A DNA stretch of 64,000 nt. Origin: Acidimicrobiales bacterium (GTDB taxonomy: Bacteria; Actinomycetota; Acidimicrobiia; Acidimicrobiales; Bog-793). Both the position numbers and the translations under genes were made by a program. Below, in pieces: positions 53,569 to 61,417 of this stretch. The notes below the pieces were generated by a model. That model was not told the origin of the DNA and searched no databases. It saw only the letters and a list, made by a program, of their open reading frames with translations. Within the stretch, counting starts at the first letter, position 1. Each line of letters starts with the position of its first letter. The DNA lies in contig DATLTN010000061.1 in the NCBI GenBank assembly GCA_035533595.1, positions 27,116-91,115 on the forward strand. The letters run 5' to 3'.

Positions 53569-54657
53569 CTAGAGGTGGATGTGCAGGGTGGACTCGATCG
53601 CGCGCACGACCGCGGCGGCCGCCCGGTCGTCGCCGGCGGGCGGGGCGATGTGCACGCCGTCGGCATCGCGCACCTCGACGAGGTTCCCCGAGGCGTCGGG
53701 GAGGAACTGTGCGTAGCTACCCGTCGGGCTCGCGAAGAGGTTGTAGATCGAGACGTAGCTGGCGTTCGGGTTCCCCGAGCAGGCGGCGGCGAAGGCGGCG
53801 TTGAGGCTCGGCGCGACGCTCCCCGCGAGCCCCGAGGAGGGGGACATGATCGGCAGCCCGACCCAGAACAGGTGCGCCCCCGAGGCGGTGACGAGGTCGA
53901 CCATCTGGCGGAGCCGCGCCGTGTACTGCTGCAGCCAGAAGCTGCTGCCGGGGTCGGCGCGCCGGCCCTCGGCGATGAAGGGCTGCCAGTCGTTGCCGCC
54001 GAAGAGCGCCACCACGACCTGGGGGTGGTAGCGCGCGAGCTCGACGGAGAGGTTCGCCGGCCAGTCGTAGTAGGCGGGGTTGGCGAGGCCGGTGTTGCCG
54101 ACCGACGCGCTCTGCAGCTCGACGCTCCTCGTCGTGCCGAGCAGGTCCTGTAGCCCGTAGCCGAGGTCGATGCCGATCGAGTCGCCGACGTCGAGCACCG
54201 AGAGGGGGTGCGCGGCGCTCGGCTGCAGGAAGGAGTTCGCCGTCGTCGGCGGGCTCGCGGCGCCCTTCGCCCTGCCGCCCCCGTGCCCGGCGGTCGCCGG
54301 CGGGAGCGCGATCACCCCCGGCGTCACCCCGGCCCTCCCGCCGAGGGCGCGGTTCGCGCCGTCGACGACGCGGTCGAGGCCGAAGAACTCCTGGACGCGG
54401 GCGATCGGCGTGAGGATCGCGAGCGCCACGCTGCGGCGGGCGCCGAGCGGCGAGGCGCCGGCCGAGGTGTAGAGCTGGCGGGCGTCGAGGGCGAGCCAGA
54501 TCCCGAAGGCCGCGAGCGAGACGAGGAGGGCGCGACCCGCGGCGAGGGTGCGCCCCTCCGGCGCGACGTACGGCGCGCGCCGTCGCCCGCCGGGAGCGCG
54601 TCGGCGTGACGGGTGGCGGGGCGGGCGGGCCGAGGGCGCTCGGCGCTCGGGGACCAT
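53569..54657 (-). CDS. membrane-anchored SGNH/GDSL-type hydrolase or acyltransferase (DUF459-like)
   Basis: Last 362 aa of ORF 53569..55965. TM anchor ALLVSLAAFGIWLAL, block I LDVGDSIG, block III FGGND, C-terminal DADGVH. The ATG overlaps the MBOAT stop by 1 nt. Confidence 0.75.
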   Translation of the reverse strand: MVPERRAPSARPPRHPSRRRAPGGRRRAPYVAPEGRTLAAGRALLVSLAAFGIWLALDARQLYTSAGASPLGARRSVALAILTPIARVQEFFGLDRVVDGANRALGGRAGVTPGVIALPPATAGHGGGRAKGAASPPTTANSFLQPSAAHPLSVLDVGDSIGIDLGYGLQDLLGTTRSVELQSASVGNTGLANPAYYDWPANLSVELARYHPQVVVALFGGNDWQPFIAEGRRADPGSSFWLQQYTARLRQMVDLVTASGAHLFWVGLPIMSPSSGLAGSVAPSLNAAFAAACSGNPNASYVSIYNLFASPTGSYAQFLPDASGNLVEVRDADGVHIAPPAGDDRAAAAVVRAIESTLHIHL

Positions 54658-56093
54658 CAGAACTTGTAGTAGATGAAGGGCGCGACCCCCGGGGGGCCGA
54701 GCGTCGTGATGAGCAGCAGGCCGCAGCCGAGGAACGCCGCCTTGGCGCCGGCGTGCATCGCCGCGAAGCGCACCTGCACCGCCTCGGCGAGCCCCTTCGG
54801 CAGGTACTGGAGGGCGATCGAGCCGACGATCGTCGCCACGACCGGCAGGCGGAACAGCGGTGCTGCCTCCCCCCAGGTCGTGAAGAGGCGGCGCAGCAGG
54901 GTGAAGGCGGTCCCGAAGGTATCGGCGCGGAAGAAGAGCCAGCCGAGGCAGACGACGTGGAAGGTGCACAGCCTCCCGAGGAGGAGCGCGGCGCGCCCCG
55001 TCGGCTCGGGCGCGCGGCCCTGCGCGACGCGCCGCTCGCGGTGGAGGTGCCCGGCCACCTGCCCGACACCGTGGATCCCGCCCCAGGCGACGAAGGTCCA
55101 CGCCGCCCCGTGCCAGAGCCCCCCGAGGAGCATCGTGATCATGATGTTGCGGGCCACCTGCCGGCGCGGGCCGCGGTTGCCCCCGAGGGGGATGTAGAGG
55201 TAGTCGCGCAGCCAGCTCGACAGGGTCATGTGCCAGCGCCGCCAGAAGTCCTGCAGCGAGCGCGCCGCGTAGGGGCGGTCGAAGTTCTGCGGGAAGCGGA
55301 AGCCGAGCAGCAGCGCGACCCCGATCGCGATGTCGGTGTAGCCGCTGAAGTCGCAGTAGATCTGCACCGCGTAGCCGTAGACGGCGAGGAGGATCTCCGG
55401 CGCGGTGTGCACCGTCGGGTTGTTGAAGACGGGGCCGACGATCGCCGAGGAGACGTAGCTCGAGATCACGACCTTCTTGAAGAGGCCCCCCATGATCAGG
55501 TAGGCGGCCTCGGGGAACTCGACCTTGCGCGGGTCGCGCAGCCGTGAGCGGGCGATCTGCGGGAGCAGGTCGCGGCCGCGCACGATCGGCCCGGCGATGA
55601 GGTGGGGGAAGAAGGCGACGTAGACCGCGACGTCGAGGAAGGGCGCGGGCTCGAGGTCGCGGCGGTAGATGTCGATCACGTAGGAGAGGCCCATGAAGGT
55701 GAAGAAGGAGATCCCGACGGGGAGGGTGACGCTGAGGGGCGGCAGCGGCGTGGCGTGCAGCCCCAGACTGTGCAGCGCGTTGTCGAAGGTCACCGACAAG
55801 AAGCCGTAGTACTTGAACCAGCCGAGCAGCGCGAGGTGGCCGACGACGCTCATCACGAGCGCGCCGCGGCGGGCGCGCCGCGTCCGCCCCTGCGCGACGG
55901 CGAGGCCGCCGACGGCGCTGATCAGCGTGGAGACAGCGAGGAGGAGGACGAAGCGCCAGTCCCACCAGGCGTAGAAGACGTAGCTGGCCGTGAGGATGAA
56001 CGGCTTCCAGCGGCGTGGCGAGGGGGAGAGGAGCCAGTTGCCGAGAAAGACGACGGCGAAGAAGATCGCGAAGTCGATCGTCGGGAACAGCAC
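54657..56093 (-). CDS. MBOAT family O-acyltransferase (AlgI/DltB-like)
   Basis: 478 aa, polytopic. FWRRWHMTLSSWLRDYLYIPLGGNR contains the conserved MBOAT His. Confidence 0.9.
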   Translation of the reverse strand: MLFPTIDFAIFFAVVFLGNWLLSPSPRRWKPFILTASYVFYAWWDWRFVLLLAVSTLISAVGGLAVAQGRTRRARRGALVMSVVGHLALLGWFKYYGFLSVTFDNALHSLGLHATPLPPLSVTLPVGISFFTFMGLSYVIDIYRRDLEPAPFLDVAVYVAFFPHLIAGPIVRGRDLLPQIARSRLRDPRKVEFPEAAYLIMGGLFKKVVISSYVSSAIVGPVFNNPTVHTAPEILLAVYGYAVQIYCDFSGYTDIAIGVALLLGFRFPQNFDRPYAARSLQDFWRRWHMTLSSWLRDYLYIPLGGNRGPRRQVARNIMITMLLGGLWHGAAWTFVAWGGIHGVGQVAGHLHRERRVAQGRAPEPTGRAALLLGRLCTFHVVCLGWLFFRADTFGTAFTLLRRLFTTWGEAAPLFRLPVVATIVGSIALQYLPKGLAEAVQVRFAAMHAGAKAAFLGCGLLLITTLGPPGVAPFIYYKF

Positions 56094-56164
56094 TGAGCGG
56101 AATTCCTTGGCTACGGCGTCGGCGCCTCCCGCCGGACGGTGCCCGACTGTAGGTGACGGTCAGA

Positions 56165-56180
56165 AGTGCACCCCGTCACC
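56165..56180 (+). promoter_or_regulatory. CRP/FNR-type half-palindrome AGTGC-N6-TCACC upstream of whiB
   Basis: GTG-N8-CAC core; 7 of 10 matches to TGTGA-N6-TCACA. Lies 205 nt upstream of the whiB GTG in a GC-poorer region. A TAGCAT hexamer is at 56241-56246. Confidence 0.25.
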
Positions 56181-56384
56181 TTTCCCTGATCAGCACCAGA
56201 ATTTTCTCGTTACATCCTTGAAACGATGCGGCGGCCCCCCTAGCATGTTTCCGCCTTAGGGCTTGATCTCGGACTTCCGGGGTCGCTCACGGGACTGCTC
56301 GGTGGGGGGGCGTCGGTCTTGTGCAGGCGCGCGCTCGCGCACGCCGCCTGATGGCCGAGTGTCGCTCAGAGCAGAGGAGGCATC

Positions 56385-56678
56385 GTGGCCCTCACATGGA
56401 ATCGAACGGTGGAATGGGACAGCGACGAGTGGCGCAACAGCGCCGCCTGTCGGGACACTGATCCGGACCTTTTCTTCCCGATCGGCACCACCGGCCAGGC
56501 GATCGAACAGATCGAGTCCGCGAAGGCGGTGTGCGAGACCTGCGAGGCGCTGGAGCCCTGTCTCGCCTTCGCCCTCGCGACGAACCAGGAGTCGGGAGTC
56601 TGGGGCGCAACCTCCGAGGAGGAGCGCCGCAAGCTGCGCAAGAGCTGGCTCGCCGAGCAGCGCCGCGCCGCCAGCTGA
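56385..56678 (+). CDS. whiB: WhiB family transcriptional regulator (Fe-S, WhiB1-like context)
   Basis: Four Cys (C-x27-C-x2-C-x5-C), GVWGA turn, basic tail RRKLRKSW. GAGGAGG SD before the GTG. Confidence 0.93.
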   Translation: MALTWNRTVEWDSDEWRNSAACRDTDPDLFFPIGTTGQAIEQIESAKAVCETCEALEPCLAFALATNQESGVWGATSEEERRKLRKSWLAEQRRAAS

Positions 56679-56707
56679 GGCCGCTCCGCCCGCTCGTCGG
56701 CCGGGCA

Positions 56708-56730
56708 GCCCGCGCCTGAGCGGCGCGGGC
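56708..56730. terminator. 9-bp perfect hairpin between convergent whiB and pdtaS
   Basis: GCCCGCGCC-TGAGC-GGCGCGGGC. Confidence 0.45.
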
Positions 56731-56734
56731 GTCG

Positions 56735-58246
56735 TCAGCTCGGGCCCTCGCTGCGCTGCAGCGGGATCGCGAGGCGCACCGCGGCGCCGTCCGCGCTCGT
56801 GACGGTGATCGAGCCCCCGAGCTGGCTGCGCACGAGGTCGCGCACGATGGCGAGGCCGAGGCTCGAGGTGCGGTCGATGTCGAAGTCGGGGGCGAAGCCG
56901 CTCCCGTTGTCCTGCACCGTGACGTCGAGCACGCCGTCGTGGGTCGCGAGGTCGACGGTGATCCGCGCCGGCAGCGCGTGCTCGCCGTTGAAGGCGTGCT
57001 CGACGGCGTTCTGCAGGAGCTCGGCGATGACCACCGCGAGCGGCGTGGCGACGTCCGCGGAGAGGTCCCCGACGTCCCCGTTCACGGCGACCTCGACGGC
57101 GTGACCCGAGAGGTCGGCGTCGCGGGTGAGGTGGATGAGCGCAGGGATGATCTCGTCGAAGCGGACCTGCTCCCCCGGCTCGCGGGCGAGGATCTCGTGC
57201 ACGAGGGCGATCGCCGTGATCCGCCGCTCCGCCTCGAGGAGGGCGTCCCGGGCGCTCGGGTCCCCGAGGCGACGCGACTGCAGGCGCAGCAGCGAGGAGA
57301 TCGTCTGCAGGTTGTTCTTCACCCGGTGGTGGACCTCGCGGATCGCGGCGTCCTTGGACAGCAACAGGCGGTCGCGGCGCCTCAGGTCGGTGACGTCGCG
57401 GAGCAGCACCACCGCGCCCGTCACCTCCGCCTCCTCGATGAGCGGGATGCAGTGGACGATCACCGTCACCTCGCCGCGGCGCTCGATCTCGTCGATCGCC
57501 GGCACCTGCCGCTCGAAGGCGCCGCGCACCGCCGGTGAGTCGACGCCGAGCTCCCCGAGGGTCGAGCCGATGATCTGGGTGAGGATGCCCATGCGGTGCA
57601 GCGCGTTCACCGCGTTCGGCGAGACGAAGGTGACCCGCTCGTCGGAGTCGAGGACGATCACCCCGTCGCCGGCGCGCGGCGCCTCCTCCATCATCTCGTC
57701 CTCGGCGAAGAAGGGGAACAGCCCCTCCGCGACCATCGCCGCGAGGCGGCTGAAGAGCTGCAGGTAGACGCGCTCGAGGCCGCCGGCGCGCCGCCCCCCC
57801 GTCGGCGACCAGACGCGCAGGAGGACCGCCACCACCTCGGCTTTGAAGCGGACCGGGATCGCGATCGCCCGCACCGCGCCGAGGGTGCGGTGCTCGGAGC
57901 CCTCCATCTCGGCGCTCGCGCCCCCCTGCCAGGCCTCGGCGACGACCGGCCACTCGTCGGCGCCCACCAGCTGGCCGACGACGTCGAGTTGCACGAGGGT
58001 CTGGCTCGTCGTCGGGCGCATCTGGCCGAAGATCACGAAGTGCAGGCCGAGCAGCCCCGCCTCGGCCGCCTCCCCCCCCGCCGCGCCGACGGCGAGCGAG
58101 TACTGGTCGACGGGGACGAAGAGCAGCAGGTCCGAGAAGGAGAGGTCGGCGAGCAGGCCCCAGGTGGCCATCAGCCGTTCCAGGTGCTGGCGGGCGGCGG
58201 TGTCGAGGCCGGTGAACTCCTGGGCCAGCTGGCGGGGCTCGCTCAC
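56735..58246 (-). CDS. pdtaS: cytoplasmic GAF-PAS sensor histidine kinase, PdtaS-like (HisKA_2/HWE-type)
   Basis: Last 503 aa of ORF 56735..58672. H-box EVHHRVKNNLQ, N-box LLQNAVEHAF, G-box DNGSGF. No TM helix. GTG 58246 overlaps the upstream stop (GTGA). Confidence 0.82.
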   Translation of the reverse strand: MSEPRQLAQEFTGLDTAARQHLERLMATWGLLADLSFSDLLLFVPVDQYSLAVGAAGGEAAEAGLLGLHFVIFGQMRPTTSQTLVQLDVVGQLVGADEWPVVAEAWQGGASAEMEGSEHRTLGAVRAIAIPVRFKAEVVAVLLRVWSPTGGRRAGGLERVYLQLFSRLAAMVAEGLFPFFAEDEMMEEAPRAGDGVIVLDSDERVTFVSPNAVNALHRMGILTQIIGSTLGELGVDSPAVRGAFERQVPAIDEIERRGEVTVIVHCIPLIEEAEVTGAVVLLRDVTDLRRRDRLLLSKDAAIREVHHRVKNNLQTISSLLRLQSRRLGDPSARDALLEAERRITAIALVHEILAREPGEQVRFDEIIPALIHLTRDADLSGHAVEVAVNGDVGDLSADVATPLAVVIAELLQNAVEHAFNGEHALPARITVDLATHDGVLDVTVQDNGSGFAPDFDIDRTSSLGLAIVRDLVRSQLGGSITVTSADGAAVRLAIPLQRSEGPS

Positions 58247-59160
58247 GGCCCGATCGCCACGTCGCGCCCCTCGCGGGCGCGAAAGGCGCGCAGCTGCTCG
58301 TAGCCGGCGGCGCGGGCGAGGGCGGCGAGCTCGGCGGAGCGGTCGGCGACGTCGCCGGGGCCGTGGCTGTCCGAGGCCGTCGTCACCGGCACCTGGCGGG
58401 CGGCGAAGGCGGCGAGCAGGCTCGCCGAGGGGTAGGCCTCGGCGGCCGGCTTGCGCAGCCCCGCCGAGGAGATCTCCGCCGCCAGCCCCGAGGTGGCGGC
58501 GGCCTCGGCGATGCGCGCCTCGCACTCCTCGCGCGCCGCCGCCGAGGGGCGGATGCCGGCGACCTTCACGAGGTCGGGGTGCGCGAGCACGTCCACGGCG
58601 CGCGTCGCCGCCAGCTCCTCGAGCGCCCCGGTGTACTCCCGCCAGACCGCCTCGCCGCCGCGGCGCGACCACTGCGCCATCGCCACCTCGTCCTCCAGGT
58701 TGTCGAACATCCAGGTGCCGAGCCAGTGGACCGAGCCGAGGAGGACGTCGAAGGGATAGCCGGCGAGGAAGTCCGCCACCGCCGCCATCTGGCCGGGGTA
58801 GTAGTCGACCTCGAGGCCGAGGAGGACCGGGAGGCCCGCCGCCTTGGCGGTGAGCACCGCCTCCACGTAGTCGTCGAGCTCGGCGGTCGCGTGGTGCTCG
58901 AAGTAGGAGGAGATCGAGGTCGCGAGCGCCCGCTCCGGCTCGTCGCGCCAGAAGTCGCCGACGAGGCCGCGCACCGCGGTGAAGCGGAAGAGGTGCTCGG
59001 TGAGGGCGATCTCGGCGACGCCCCGTTCCGCGGCGCGCTCGCAGTAGACGCGCAGCCGCTCGAGGCGCTGCTCCCCGGCCTCGGCGCGCTCGCGGTGCGG
59101 CCAGAGGTGGACGTGGTAGTCGAGCACCCCGACCAGGCTAACGGTCCCGCCCCGGCCCAC
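58243..59160 (-). CDS. PHP-domain phosphatase (histidinol-phosphatase HisJ-like)
   Basis: LDYHVHLW, TEHL, GLEVDY, GSVHW and ASDSH metal-ligand motifs. The real start may be GTG 59127 (VLDYHVH). Confidence 0.8.
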   Translation of the reverse strand: MGRGGTVSLVGVLDYHVHLWPHRERAEAGEQRLERLRVYCERAAERGVAEIALTEHLFRFTAVRGLVGDFWRDEPERALATSISSYFEHHATAELDDYVEAVLTAKAAGLPVLLGLEVDYYPGQMAAVADFLAGYPFDVLLGSVHWLGTWMFDNLEDEVAMAQWSRRGGEAVWREYTGALEELAATRAVDVLAHPDLVKVAGIRPSAAAREECEARIAEAAATSGLAAEISSAGLRKPAAEAYPSASLLAAFAARQVPVTTASDSHGPGDVADRSAELAALARAAGYEQLRAFRAREGRDVAIGP

Positions 59161-59166
59161 CCGGGA

Positions 59167-59217
59167 GGCCGGGCGATCGGGCCGGGCGATCGGGCCGGGC
59201 CGATCGGGCCGGGCGGG
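59167..59217. repeat. tandem repeat, about 3.8 copies of a 13-nt unit GGCCGGGCGATCG
   Basis: 59167-59179 and 59180-59192 are identical. 59193-59206 has one inserted C. 59207-59217 is partial. Intergenic, between the ArsA-like stop and the PHP start. Confidence 0.75.
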
Positions 59218-60417
59218 CTAGTCGAAGAGGTGCTCGGCGATCTCCAGCAGGCCGCCGAGGTCGGTGACGTCGCGCATCAGGTGCGGTACCCGCACGACCT
59301 GCTCGGCCTCGGCCGCGAGCTCGTCGATCAGCTGCTGCTCGCGCGTCGCCACCTGCGCGAAGTTGCAGAAGCCCGCGCCCACCTCGGCGAGCACCCGCGC
59401 CAGGCGCTCGCCGTCGGGGAAGCTTCCCGGCAGTGCCCGGGAGATTCGCTCGGCGAGCGGCGCGGCGTCCCCCTGCAGCGCCTCGGCGGTGCGCAGCGCG
59501 CCGCGGGCGGCGAAGGCCGCCGGCAGGGCCTTGTTCGCCACCACGAGGCCGAGGTGCAGCCGCCGCTCGGCGAGCGCACCGACGAAGGCGCGCGCCTCGC
59601 GGACCGGGACGGGCTCGGGGCTCGTCACCACCATGAAGGTCGTCTGCGGCTCGCGCAAAAGCGCCGAGACGGCGTGCGCGCGCGCGACGAAGCCCGGGTA
59701 CATCGACTGGAAGAGGTTGAAGAAGACCGCCAGCTCCTCGAGGAGCTGGCTGCCGAGGATGCGGTCGGCGAGCTGGGTGAACGGGCGCGAGGCGAGGCCG
59801 ACGAGGCGCGAGCGCGCCGGCGCAGTGAGCCAGCGCAAGAGCCGCGAGGAGAAGAACTCGGCCATCTTCTCCGGGGCGTCGACGAAGTCGAGGGCGCCGA
59901 GCGCGGGGGGCGTGTCGACGACGATGAGGTCGTAGCGCCCCTCGGCGTAGAGCTCGTAGAGGCGCTCCATCGCGATGTACTCGTGGCTGCGCGCGAAGCG
60001 CTGGGTGAGGTTGACGTAGAAGGGGTTGGCGAGGATCTGCCCGGCGACCTCGCGGCTCGGCGCGTGGCGCGTCACGAGGGCGTCCCAGGACTGCTTGGTG
60101 TCGAGCATCGCGGCGAAGAGCTCGCCCTTCGGGCGGGTCGCGCCGAACGCCGCCGCCGGCACGGGCCGCGCCTCGTCGCCGAGGCCGTCGAGGCCGAGGG
60201 CATCGGCGAGTCGGCGCGCCGGGTCGACGGTGATCACGAGGACGCGCACCGGGGCGCGCAGCGCCGCCCCCGCGGCGAGCGCCGCGGTCGTCGTCGTCTT
60301 GCCGACCCCGCCCGCCCCGCAGGCGATGAGGACCTCCTTGGTCGACAGCAGCCCCTCGAGGAGGAGCGAGGGCGCGCTAGCGCGCGCCCCCCGGCGGGGC
60401 GCCTCGGCGGGGCTCAC
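59218..60417 (-). CDS. ArsA/Get3-like P-loop ATPase, subunit B of a pair
   Basis: P-loop CGAGGVGKTTT: GKT is intact and the first Lys of KGGxGKT is replaced by Ala. VVDTPPALGA stands in place of DTAPTGH; 399 aa. Confidence 0.85.
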   Translation of the reverse strand: MSPAEAPRRGARASAPSLLLEGLLSTKEVLIACGAGGVGKTTTTAALAAGAALRAPVRVLVITVDPARRLADALGLDGLGDEARPVPAAAFGATRPKGELFAAMLDTKQSWDALVTRHAPSREVAGQILANPFYVNLTQRFARSHEYIAMERLYELYAEGRYDLIVVDTPPALGALDFVDAPEKMAEFFSSRLLRWLTAPARSRLVGLASRPFTQLADRILGSQLLEELAVFFNLFQSMYPGFVARAHAVSALLREPQTTFMVVTSPEPVPVREARAFVGALAERRLHLGLVVANKALPAAFAARGALRTAEALQGDAAPLAERISRALPGSFPDGERLARVLAEVGAGFCNFAQVATREQQLIDELAAEAEQVVRVPHLMRDVTDLGGLLEIAEHLFD

Positions 60418-60449
60418 GAGGCGGCGCTCACGAGGCGGCGCTCACGAGG
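60413..60449. repeat. 2.6 copies of a 14-nt direct repeat CTCACGAGGCGGCG at the junction of the two ArsA-like genes
   Basis: 60413-60426 equals 60427-60440. 60441-60449 is partial. Each copy carries TCAC (GTGA on the coding strand). Confidence 0.8.
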
Positions 60450-61392
60450 AGGAGAGCTCCTCGCCGAGCAGCTCGGCGACGCGGTGCACGGCACGCGGCC
60501 CGTGCGCCCGCCCGAACAGGTACGGGAGGTGCAGCAGCGGCACCCCAGCCGGCAGCGCGGCGGCGAGGCGGGCGAGGTGGCTGGCGCCGGCGCGGCGGAT
60601 CCCGACGGCGAGCGCCGCCCCCTCGAGGACGGCGGCGACCTCGCCGCCGAGCGCCTCCTCGACAAGGAGGAGGGCCTCGGGGCGGCGCAGCGCCTCGAAG
60701 TCCTCCTCCTCGCCGCGGCTGAACAGCTCGGGAAGGACGCGGTTGGCGACCACCGCGGCGAGCGCCACCCCGGTCTCCTCCTCGAGGCGACCGGTGAGCT
60801 CGAGCGCCTCGTTCACCGGCATCTCCTCGGGGGTCGCGACGACGACCACCCCGGTGCGCGCCGCGTCGCCGAGCAGCTCGAGCATCCACTGCGTCTCGGA
60901 GCGCACCGGCCCGACGCGCACGAGCTCGGAGAGGGCGACGGGCGCCGCGAAGTGCCCGACGATGTGCCCCGACGCGGTGGCGTCGACGACGACGAGGTCG
61001 TAGTGGCCCTCGCGCACCTCGTAGCAGAGCTTGCCGATGGTGAGCACCTCGCGCACGCCGGGCGCCGCGGCGGCGACGAAGTCGAGCGCCTGCGCGACGG
61101 GTGCGAGGCGGGTGAAGACCGGGAGGTGCAGGTGGAGGCGGAGGTACTCGCCGAGCGCCGCCTCGGTGTCCATCACCATCGCCGAGAGGCGGGGGGCGAC
61201 GGCGCGGGGCGTGTAGGAGAGGGGGCCGCACTCGAGGGCGCGCGCGAGGTCGCCGCGCGGCTCCATCTCGCAGACGAGGGCCCGCTTGCCCGCGCCGCTC
61301 GCGAGGATGCCGAGGGCGCTCGCCACGGTGGTCCTCCCGACCCCGCCCTTGCCCGTGACGAACAGCAGCCGGTGGTCGAGGAGGCCGCTCAC
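60442..61392 (-). CDS. ArsA/Get3-like P-loop ATPase, subunit A of a pair
   Basis: P-loop TGKGGVGRTT: the first Lys is kept and the canonical GKT Lys is replaced by Arg. VVDATASGH resembles DTAPTGH; 316 aa. Confidence 0.85.
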   Translation of the reverse strand: MSGLLDHRLLFVTGKGGVGRTTVASALGILASGAGKRALVCEMEPRGDLARALECGPLSYTPRAVAPRLSAMVMDTEAALGEYLRLHLHLPVFTRLAPVAQALDFVAAAAPGVREVLTIGKLCYEVREGHYDLVVVDATASGHIVGHFAAPVALSELVRVGPVRSETQWMLELLGDAARTGVVVVATPEEMPVNEALELTGRLEEETGVALAAVVANRVLPELFSRGEEEDFEALRRPEALLLVEEALGGEVAAVLEGAALAVGIRRAGASHLARLAAALPAGVPLLHLPYLFGRAHGPRAVHRVAELLGEELSSS

Positions 61393-61417
61393 GGCCGCGG
61401 GGTGGGGCGCGCCCCCG

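Noticed and set aside
59167-59217. A CRISPR array or other spacer-repeat structure.
   Set aside because: The units are 13-14 nt and directly abutting, with no spacers and no cas genes. It is a simple slippage-type tandem repeat. The same applies to 60413-60449.
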